Below are positions 48,216 to 54,668 of a stretch of DNA of 54,668 nt, one piece after another. The stretch comes from an uncultured Desulfurococcales archaeon (GTDB lineage Archaea > Thermoproteota > Thermoprotei_A > Sulfolobales > Acidilobaceae), in NCBI GenBank assembly GCA_964425855.1, contig CAYROE010000002.1:1-54668 (forward strand). The letters run 5' to 3'. Numbering within the stretch: position 1 is the first letter of the stretch; each line of letters begins with the position of its first letter. The translations under genes were made by a program, and so were the position numbers. A model generated the notes under the pieces. It did not search any database, was not told the DNA's origin, and worked only from the letters and a program-made list of their open reading frames with translations.

Positions 48216-48884
48216 GTGGAGTGGACTATAGATAAACGTCCTGCATATTCTGTGTTGAAAGTAAAGCTTTCTCCCGGGGAAAAAGTAAGCTCCGAGCCGG
48301 GAGCTATGATGATCATAAAAGGAGATGTCAAGATTGAAACAAAGAGTGGAGGCATCCTCAAGGGCCTCGCTAGAAAGCTAATGGCGGGGGAAAGCTTCTT
48401 CCTAAACCATTATCAAGCCGGGCCAGGTGGGGGAGAGATATGGTTTGTCCCAGGGGTCCCAGGAGATATAGAAGCTATTAGCCTCTCCGGAGGAGCATGG
48501 ATAATACAAGACACGAGCTACCTAGCCCACCACGGCGATATAGATATCAGCATTGCGTGGAGAGGAATGAAAGGACTCCTGGCAGAAGGAGAACTCATTT
48601 GGGTAAAGGCACAGGGTCACGGGATAGTCTGGGTTAACAGCTACGGTGCAATCGAGAAAGTAAGGGTCGACCCGGGAGAAAAAGTAGTCATAGACAACAT
48701 GCACTTCGTAGCAATGCCGGCAAACATAAACTATAAAATAGTGAAAGTGGGAGGGCTCAAAACATTCTTCCTAGGAGGAGAAGGACTCGCAGTAGAAGTA
48801 CACGGCCCTGCAGAAGTACTAGTACAAACAAGAATACTGCCACCACTAGCCAGACTACTAGCCCGATTCATCAAAACACGATAA
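48216..48884 (+). CDS. AIM24/DUF124 (TIGR00266-like) family protein
   Basis: YSVLKVKLSPGEKVSSEPGAMMIIKGDVKIETK...FFLNHY...VWVNSYGAIEKV pattern is typical of this beta-rich family. Confidence 0.55.
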   Translation: MEWTIDKRPAYSVLKVKLSPGEKVSSEPGAMMIIKGDVKIETKSGGILKGLARKLMAGESFFLNHYQAGPGGGEIWFVPGVPGDIEAISLSGGAWIIQDTSYLAHHGDIDISIAWRGMKGLLAEGELIWVKAQGHGIVWVNSYGAIEKVRVDPGEKVVIDNMHFVAMPANINYKIVKVGGLKTFFLGGEGLAVEVHGPAEVLVQTRILPPLARLLARFIKTR

Positions 48885-48970
48885 AACTAATTAAAAACAC
48901 ATTCACGTTTCAATAAATTTATCAAGCAAATCCACTGGCAAGACCTCTATAGGAAAGGAAGTGATAACTT

Positions 48971-49579
48971 ATGGAAGACAATCAACACGATTCGTCTAGG
49001 AAAAAAACAGTTATCCTAGCATTATCTATGATAATAATTATAGGATCAATACTATGGCTAACCTGGACAATACAACAAAGACTAAATAAAATACAAGAAT
49101 CCGCCTTTATATCGGTACAGTTAACGGCTAGACAATTAGAAGACGAATTCTTCACTCTAAAAACATTAAGAGCTGACCTCGAGAAATACGACTGTAGCCC
49201 TTATGTACTGAAAACTAATAACCCGGAGAAATATATCTATTACAGAATGACCCTATTGAATATAATTCATAATTTAGACTCACTAGAAAATTACCTTTCA
49301 ATCGCATACACCGCGGAAGGGCAACAAATCCCATATGAGCTTTCAAATACACTCTTAGACCTAAGCAGTTATATAACAACATTTGCAAACACACTAAACC
49401 ACTATGCCTATAGTGAGAAAGACAAGTCTCTTGACTGTAACACGCTTCTAGACAATGAAACAATAGACCAAATAATCAACCGACTAGACACACTAGCAAA
49501 CTACCAAAACATAAGCCAAGTAAATGAAGAATTCATAAACAATTTTGAAAATATCACAGTGGCATTGAACCAACCGTGA
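48971..49579 (+). CDS. Hypothetical membrane-anchored protein
   Basis: A single N-terminal TM (VILALSMIIIIGSILWL) followed by a helical Asn/Leu-rich region. No motif recognised. Confidence 0.4.
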   Translation: MEDNQHDSSRKKTVILALSMIIIIGSILWLTWTIQQRLNKIQESAFISVQLTARQLEDEFFTLKTLRADLEKYDCSPYVLKTNNPEKYIYYRMTLLNIIHNLDSLENYLSIAYTAEGQQIPYELSNTLLDLSSYITTFANTLNHYAYSEKDKSLDCNTLLDNETIDQIINRLDTLANYQNISQVNEEFINNFENITVALNQP

Positions 49580-49598
49580 AGAATGAATATAGGGGATT

Positions 49599-49674
49599 TG
49601 GTGGACCGGCCGGGATTTGAACCCGGGGCCTCCGCCGTGCGAGGGCGGCGCTCTTCCAGCTGAGCTACCGGCCC
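49599..49674 (-). tRNA. tRNA-Ala (anticodon CGC), CCA encoded
   Basis: Hand-folded: GGGCCGG/CCGGTCC acceptor with the G3:U70 alanine identity pair, anticodon arm CCGCC-CTCGCAC-GGCGG, T arm CCGGG-TTCAAAT-CCCGG. Confidence 0.93.
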
Positions 49675-49782
49675 AGCGCCCGACCGCATTTATACATTGA
49701 TCCTTTAATCTTGTTTCCTGGTTTAAGGGATTTATAGTTAATCCCTAGGTTTACTTTTAACTAGGTGTAAAGGTAGTCTAAG

Positions 49783-50724
49783 ATGAGAAAAAATATCATT
49801 TTCATCTTCTTGCTGATAATTGTAATAATTATAGTTTCCGTTACTAATACGAACCACGAGTCTAATCCTGGAGCTAGAGAAATAGTATCGCTTCCATACG
49901 TTGAGGAGGATAATGAACCTCAACACTTGCCCGCATTATATTATTTGAACAATGTTAGTGCTCTAGAGCTGACTAGAACGAATTGGAGTATAATTATTGT
50001 GGAGCCCGAGGATCTCTCCAGAGCAGAACTCCAGGCAGTAAAAGAGCATTCTTGGAGAACACTAGCTTATATCAATCTAGGCTATGCAGAGGAGTGGAGA
50101 AGCTACTTTAACAATCCCAAAGTTAAGGCTATAATTCATGAAAGCTCGGAGTATGAAGGAGAATACTTTGTGGAATACTGGAATCTCACATGGATAGATA
50201 CAATCCGAGAACTAGCAATAAAGTATCTCCAAATGGGATATGATGGAGTTTATTTCGATAATATTGATGCATCCTTCACAATAGATGAACAGAGACCGTC
50301 CTGGACAAGTGGAATAAATCCCGTTGAAGCCATGATTGGAACTGTATGTAACCTATCTAACAACATAAAGTCACTCTATGGCGATGATACTCTAATAATT
50401 GTCAATATCGGGGGGGCATATAGCCTGCTCTACAATGACACCTTTCTCAACTGTATCGACGGCGTCCTAAGAGAGGAGCTATGGTCTATATCAGTGGACT
50501 CGGCCTCGACTCCCCAGGATAGGGAGGAAACTCAGGGGGCGTTGAACGCATTAGTATACGCAGTAGAGAAGGGCAAGATTGTTATTGTTTCTGATCCTAT
50601 AAACGACGAATATGAGGCTTCGCAGTTCTGCAGTAAGTGCTGGGACTTGGGATTCATACCGGTTCCACAACCTGCATGGGCTTACGACTATACCCAGCCT
50701 CCTCCCGCGACATGGTGCAGATGA
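49783..50724 (+). CDS. GH114 / TM1410-like putative glycoside hydrolase with N-terminal membrane anchor
   Basis: TLAYINLGYAEEWRSY and GYDGVYFDNIDA match the conserved strands of the GH114/TM1410 TIM-barrel family as I recall them. N-terminal TM IIFIFLLIIVIIIV. Confidence 0.5.
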   Translation: MRKNIIFIFLLIIVIIIVSVTNTNHESNPGAREIVSLPYVEEDNEPQHLPALYYLNNVSALELTRTNWSIIIVEPEDLSRAELQAVKEHSWRTLAYINLGYAEEWRSYFNNPKVKAIIHESSEYEGEYFVEYWNLTWIDTIRELAIKYLQMGYDGVYFDNIDASFTIDEQRPSWTSGINPVEAMIGTVCNLSNNIKSLYGDDTLIIVNIGGAYSLLYNDTFLNCIDGVLREELWSISVDSASTPQDREETQGALNALVYAVEKGKIVIVSDPINDEYEASQFCSKCWDLGFIPVPQPAWAYDYTQPPPATWCR

Positions 50725-50786
50725 CCTTCTATTGGCCTGGGGTAACTAAATAAAATATCAGGACATGTTCTCTAGTCCTTATATAT

Positions 50787-50848
50787 GGGGATGAGCAAGG
50801 CTAGATTGGCTGAGATAGATCTGTGATGACATCGCCCGGAGTGACCCC
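50787..50848 (+). ncRNA. Candidate box C/D sRNA (62 nt)
   Basis: GGGG-AUGAGCA-(12 nt AGGCUAGAUUGG)-CUGA-(9 nt)-GUGAUGA-(11 nt CAUCGCCCGGA)-GUGA-CCCC. The spacing is canonical, with a 4-bp terminal stem. The C-box (..GC.) and D-box (GU..) deviations are mutually compensatory (C-G, G.U). Confidence 0.55.
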
Positions 50849-50959
50849 TGATAGATCCAGGTTAATTATAATCGTCTACCAAAACCAAATATTAGTTCTT
50901 GAGGCCTGTAGGAATGGATTAGAAATATTATAGAGTTGTATACATGGTTAAACTATTGA

Positions 50960-51358
50960 GTGGTGTTCTGGATGAGGCTTGATTATAGAGTAGAAGAGGT
51001 TATGACACGAAACCCAGTATCAGTCAAACCAGATAATAGTGTTATGGACGCGGTTCTTATAATGGACAAGCTCGGAATTGGAGCCCTACCTGTAGTGGAT
51101 GAAAATGGTAGGCTGGTCGGGATATTTACTGAGAGAGACCTACTGAGACGAGTAGTCGCCAGGAGAAGAGATCCAGAGAAGACCCTCATAAGGGATGTGA
51201 TGACCCCTAACCCGGTTACTGTTAGGCCAGATGAAAGCGTGGCCGAGGCTCTACGTATCATGTCGAGCCTGAAAGTTAGGCATCTCCCTGTAGTTAATGA
51301 TGCTGGAGTACTTGTTGGAATAGTCAGTATAAAGGACATAGAATTTGTCCAGCCATAG
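50960..51358 (+). CDS. CBS-domain pair protein
   Basis: Two CBS repeats: VMTRNPVSVKPD...ALPVVDENGRLVGIFTERDLL and VMTPNPVTVRPD...HLPVVNDAGVLVGIVSIKDI. The start is probably ATG 50972 or 51002. Confidence 0.8.
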   Translation: MVFWMRLDYRVEEVMTRNPVSVKPDNSVMDAVLIMDKLGIGALPVVDENGRLVGIFTERDLLRRVVARRRDPEKTLIRDVMTPNPVTVRPDESVAEALRIMSSLKVRHLPVVNDAGVLVGIVSIKDIEFVQP

Positions 51359-51441
51359 GATATAGAAGAGATACCTTATGCCTCCGAGACTGGACAATAT
51401 AATAGGGGTTTAAACCTATCATCGTTGGAGGGCTAAACAGC

Positions 51442-52125
51442 ATGGCTAAAGCAATAGTGGTAAAGATAAGTGGAAGCCTACTCTATCCGCCAGAACCAGG
51501 CTACCTGAAGCGGCTAACACGCTCATTATTAGAACTCAAGGCCAAGTACGGCGTTACACTAGGAGTTGTAGTTGGAGGAGGCCCTGTAGCCCGCTCATAT
51601 ATAAACACGTTAAAAGAGCTAGGAGTAGACAATGCAAAACTAGACATTTTAGGAATAGAAAGTGCAAGACTGAACGCCCTTATGCTCTCCACACTACTCT
51701 ACCCTGAAAGCCCACTTGTCGTCCCACGAGATATTATAGAGGCCGCATCTATTGCTGCCACTGGGTTAATACCAGTAATGGGGGGACTCCAGCCTGGCCA
51801 GAGCACTAATGCTGTATCGCTTGCATTAGCAGAGGCTCTCGGAGCGGATAAGGTGATTAACATGCTAAATGGTATCGAGGGAGTATACGATAGGCCTCCC
51901 GAGCTCCCTGGAGCCCAGTTACTAAGAGAAGTAACATACAGGGAGCTTAGAGGTATAATCAATCAGTACCCGCAACACCCCGGCAAATATACTCTCCTCG
52001 ATCATACAGCGGTGAAGATAGCGGAAAGATCCAAGATAACGATACACTTTATAAAAGGAAACGATCCAGATAATCTCATCAAAGCATTTTCGGGAGTGAA
52101 AATAGGTACAATTGTCCGGCCCTAG
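51442..52125 (+). CDS. pyrH: Uridylate (UMP) kinase, archaeal type
   Basis: VVKISGSLL...VVVGGGPVARSYI...GGLQPGQSTNAVSLALAEALGAD is the amino-acid-kinase fold pattern of archaeal PyrH. Confidence 0.85.
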   Translation: MAKAIVVKISGSLLYPPEPGYLKRLTRSLLELKAKYGVTLGVVVGGGPVARSYINTLKELGVDNAKLDILGIESARLNALMLSTLLYPESPLVVPRDIIEAASIAATGLIPVMGGLQPGQSTNAVSLALAEALGADKVINMLNGIEGVYDRPPELPGAQLLREVTYRELRGIINQYPQHPGKYTLLDHTAVKIAERSKITIHFIKGNDPDNLIKAFSGVKIGTIVRP

Positions 52126-52171
52126 ATTCCTCCTGTATACCGGACATGAAATTATTAACTATTCTCTTCAA

Positions 52172-53254
52172 TTAATATTTCTTACTTATGTTAAGCCTCC
52201 AACCTATCAATAACTCGGATAGTAGTCCCATAACGAATATGATCCATGATAGAATACTATAACCGTGGAGGACGAGACCATATACCAGCAAGGATACGAT
52301 CATTGTTCTACCTAGACTATCCATCACCATATATCCTGCTGCAACATACCACAACGGCCATATATCCCATCCATCAGGAGGACTAGCTGGCTTGGGTTTC
52401 TTAAATAGTCTCATGGCATATAATGCCGTGAGTGTTGACGCTAATGGTAGTACCGCGAATATTCTTTGTTCATACAAGAATAGAGATATAGCTGCCAGAG
52501 GCGGAAGTAGTATGGACAACACAGACGAGAGCTTTCGGGCAGGATCTAGTCCTAGCCTTACTGGAAGCGTATCTATTCCTTTGTCTTTATCATGCTCGTA
52601 CTTGTCTAGGTGCTTCCCTATCAAGACGAGCGACGCTGATAAGGCAGATGGGAGATACACTAATGCTTGTAAAACAGTATGATTACCTGTCATGGCATAG
52701 ATCGTTCCTCCGGTCATTACAGGGCCCCAGACAATAGCAACAAGTAATTCACCAATGCCAAGCCTCTTCGCATCAACTGGGAACCCCGCGTATAGGAGCA
52801 TGATAAGCATACCGATAATAGATAGAAGAGCTATCATGGGCGTCACTTTAATAGAGAGATAGAGGGCCAACAAGAGATCATATACTAGCACTAGCGCTAT
52901 AAAGTTTCTAATAGCGTGGGGCGTCACGATATTATCTAGTAACGGGTGTGGTCCATAGAGGGTTCTGAAATATGATGGGTCGTCAAAACCCCTCTTGTAA
53001 TCGTAGTAATCATTAATGAAGTTGTCAGCTAGATGGGCCCCGATGAAGCCGCCAAGAATAGCTAGATAAAGTAATGGATCAAAGCAATCGCTTATCCATG
53101 CAATTAAGCCACCAATGGTTACAGCATAGAATGTCATAGGCACGACACATAATCTGCTGGCAGCCACTATCTTCGCGATAACATTTACGTCTTTATACTC
53201 CTCCGGCACCCGGCATTTTCTAAAGCTATACCAAAGTATTCTCAACGATCTCAC
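52172..53254 (-). CDS. UbiA-family aromatic prenyltransferase (MenA-like)
   Basis: About 8-9 TM helices. First Asp-rich motif ADNFINDYYDYKRGFD, and a second KHLDKYEHDKDKG loop. Confidence 0.7.
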   Translation of the reverse strand: MRSLRILWYSFRKCRVPEEYKDVNVIAKIVAASRLCVVPMTFYAVTIGGLIAWISDCFDPLLYLAILGGFIGAHLADNFINDYYDYKRGFDDPSYFRTLYGPHPLLDNIVTPHAIRNFIALVLVYDLLLALYLSIKVTPMIALLSIIGMLIMLLYAGFPVDAKRLGIGELLVAIVWGPVMTGGTIYAMTGNHTVLQALVYLPSALSASLVLIGKHLDKYEHDKDKGIDTLPVRLGLDPARKLSSVLSILLPPLAAISLFLYEQRIFAVLPLASTLTALYAMRLFKKPKPASPPDGWDIWPLWYVAAGYMVMDSLGRTMIVSLLVYGLVLHGYSILSWIIFVMGLLSELLIGWRLNISKKY

Positions 53255-53430
53255 AGTTAAACCACCAAGAAGTGGTTTACAAAGAAGAGAAATATCAAAC
53301 CAGCGCTATTAATCCACAAATACAACAAGCCAACACAATTCATAAACCTTATGAGATACACTAAAGGAAAAATACCTCTAAGGACAATACCACATCAAAA
53401 ACGGAACCTATACAGCCGTCTTCGACGGGT

Positions 53431-53508
53431 GGGCCCGTCGTCTAGCCTGGTCAGGACGCCGCCCTCACACGGCGGAGGTCCGGGGTTCAAATCCCCGCGG
53501 GCCCACCA
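53431..53508 (+). tRNA. tRNA-Val (anticodon CAC), CCA encoded
   Basis: Identical to the tRNA at 42166-42243 at 77 of 78 positions. The only difference is anticodon position 34 (CTCACAC versus CTTACAC loop). Confidence 0.93.
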
Positions 53509-53606
53509 CTAATTGTTGTAGCGAATCGCAAATTCCATCGAGCAGAATAGCTCTCCTAAGCTTAGGGCTGCGATAATGTATAAGAGGACTATGCTCTACG
53601 AGTTAT

Positions 53607-53849
53607 TTGGGGATGCTGGCGTTGCCTCGTATCGTGAAGATTATCATACCCGACGGGGTGAAGGAAACCGAGGTTGCACGATGGATAGCAGAGGGTCTGT
53701 CAAGAAAAGTATTCCGAAAGCTTCTCATAGAGTCTCTTTCCGAAGGAATTAACGTGGATTTAGAGAAGGCTCTAAAAGAATTCGAGAAAACCCGGGATGA
53801 AGTATGGAGAAGAATAGAGAAAGAATACAGAGAGAAGGGTCTAATATAG
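53607..53849 (+). CDS. Hypothetical small protein, candidate antitoxin partner of the PIN protein
   Basis: 80 aa, charged and helical, immediately upstream of the PIN-domain ORF and overlapping it. The TTG start is uncertain. Confidence 0.4.
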   Translation: MGMLALPRIVKIIIPDGVKETEVARWIAEGLSRKVFRKLLIESLSEGINVDLEKALKEFEKTRDEVWRRIEKEYREKGLI

Positions 53850-54322
53850 CACTAATTGTAGATAGCAATATCGTATTCTCGATAATAGTAGCTGGTAGAA
53901 GGGCCCGTGCCTATAGAATTATTGTTAATTATCAAGACCTTGAATTATACTCGCCGGAGGAGGTTTTAACGGAGTTTCGAGAGCATACAAAGAAGCTCGA
54001 AAAGAGTGCCCGCACAGAATTCTGGGATAAAGTTCTACTAGCTTTCTCGTTAATTAGAATAGTTCCTAGAGAGATATATGAAGATGTCTTACATGAAGCA
54101 TATCTCATAGCAAGCCAGTTCGATCCAAAGGACACACCCTTTATAGCGCTCTCGCTCAAATTAGACCTTCCTATCTGGACTGAGGACAAGGGCCTATTAC
54201 AGACATCATTCACGTCGGGAAAGTATATAGCACTAGATACCGAGGCTCTTGAAAGTTTATTAGAAGGTAAACCATTCAGGTTTATTAGACAAAAACTACA
54301 CGAGAAACTCTTCAAAGAATAG
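53804..54322 (+). CDS. PIN-domain nuclease (VapC-like toxin candidate)
   Basis: IALIVDSNIVF (first acidic residue), SPEEVLTEF, DPKDTPFIALSLKLDLPIWTEDKG (third and fourth acidic residues) in typical PIN order. Confidence 0.6.
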   Translation: MEKNRERIQREGSNIALIVDSNIVFSIIVAGRRARAYRIIVNYQDLELYSPEEVLTEFREHTKKLEKSARTEFWDKVLLAFSLIRIVPREIYEDVLHEAYLIASQFDPKDTPFIALSLKLDLPIWTEDKGLLQTSFTSGKYIALDTEALESLLEGKPFRFIRQKLHEKLFKE

Positions 54323-54447
54323 GTCCCTATATTACGTCATTAGCATGTATATCTAATGGTAGGTGATATTACTACCGATATCTTTCGTGAAATTCATTTC
54401 GGATCACATGAATATCAATGATGTGTACTCTTGTATATTGTTGTGTT

Positions 54448-54495
54448 CTCACACGGCGGAGACCTCCGTGGTCCAAATCCCCGGCAGGCCCACCA
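54448..54495 (+). pseudogene. Decayed duplicate of the tRNA-Val(CAC) 3' half (anticodon loop to CCA); att-like repeat
   Basis: CTCACACGGCGGAGACCTCCGTGGTCCAAATCCCCGGCAGGCCCACCA compared with tRNA CTCACACGGCGGAGGTCCGGGGTTCAAATCCCCGCGGGCCCACCA. The first 14 and last 8 nt are identical, with 4 substitutions and 3 inserted nt by my alignment. The T stem no longer pairs. Confidence 0.7.
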
Positions 54496-54668
54496 ATAGA
54501 CACCAGTCCTGCTTTCTCCTCGACTGTTACTAAGACGATAAAGGGTTAAGAGCCTCGAGTACCGTTTAAGCTTATGAGGAGGGAGACCGCAATTGACCTT
54601 AGACAAAGCGGAACTTTTATACAGGGAGCTACGTGAGTTAAGGACTATACTAGAACGTATCGAGGCCC

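Larger units (their letters stand above)
53509..54447 (+). mobile_element. Possible remnant of an integrated element, bounded by tRNA-Val(CAC) and a decayed copy of its 3' half; carries only a PIN-type TA-like pair
   Basis: Direct-repeat structure: intact tRNA at 53431-53508, tRNA 3'-half copy at 54448-54495. No integrase is present. Confidence 0.3.

Noticed and set aside
42244-53430. The whole 11.2-kb interval between the two tRNA-Val genes as a single mobile genomic island.
   Set aside because: Only the first ~2 kb is compositionally aberrant. The rest has ordinary composition and includes housekeeping genes (pyrH, tRNA-Ala, UbiA prenyltransferase). There is no integrase, and the repeats are complete functional tRNAs rather than att half-sites.
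54415-54606. The 63-aa minus-strand ORF reading through the tRNA-Val fragment as the N-terminal piece of a partitioned SSV-type integrase.
   Set aside because: The orientation is what SSV-type Int(N) fragments show. However, the GFGPRRSPP segment is simply the translated tRNA repeat, the flanking residues show nothing integrase-like, and the ORF competes with a plus-strand frame at the window end. The evidence is insufficient.
1-54668. CRISPR array or further cas genes to go with the Cas4-like gene.
   Set aside because: I found no regularly spaced direct repeats anywhere in the window and no Cas1/Cas2/Cas3-like translations. The Cas4-like gene is therefore treated as solo.
54593-54668. Possible TTG-initiated ORF (LTLDKAELLYRELRELRTILERIEA...) running off the window end.
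   Set aside because: Only 25 codons are visible, the start is non-ATG and there is no motif. It cannot be supported as a gene from this fragment.

Overview
This 54.7-kb window is archaeal chromosome, almost certainly from a hyperthermophilic crenarchaeon. The evidence is a thermosome, eS4/eL32/eL19 ribosomal proteins, an Rpo13-like protein, and GC-rich tRNAs in a moderate-GC genome. Desulfurococcales-like is only my impression from the proteins. Most of the window is ordinary housekeeping sequence. 0-27 kb holds thermosome (partial), rpoK, M50 protease, type IA topoisomerase, signal peptidase, PCNA, Lhr-type helicase, RecJ-like DHH protein, ValRS, pelota, IMPase and IleRS. 27.3-37.1 kb is the large ribosomal-protein cluster uS19 to uL15, including a 54-aa uS14 gene missing from the ORF track and the RNase P Rpp29 subunit. 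A reverse-strand rubrerythrin gene interrupts that cluster between uS8 and uL6. 37-54 kb is more accessory: thioesterase, glycosidase-like proteins, an orphan Lpd, an Asn-rich surface protein in a visibly low-GC stretch, a KaiC-like ATPase, a molybdopterin oxidoreductase, pyrH and a UbiA prenyltransferase. I could fold four tRNAs by hand: Glu-CUC, Val-UAC, Ala-CGC and Val-CAC, all with encoded CCA. I also propose two box C/D sRNA candidates with K-turn geometry, and a decayed copy of the tRNA-Val 3' half that brackets a ~0.9-kb PIN-domain toxin-antitoxin cassette and looks like an old integration scar. I found no CRISPR array, rRNA, IS element or intact integrase. The best candidate for an undescribed system is a tightly packed cassette at 23.4-27.2 kb: a solo Cas4-like nuclease overlapping the ileS 3' end, a MoxR AAA+ ATPase, and a long VWA protein. 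Secondary candidates are a membrane protein with an apparently Walker-A-less P-loop domain divergent from the Lhr helicase, and a KaiC-like ATPase with a degenerate second domain plus an overlapping small acidic ORF. None of these can be proven from sequence alone. All family calls rest on motifs read by eye, not on database searches.
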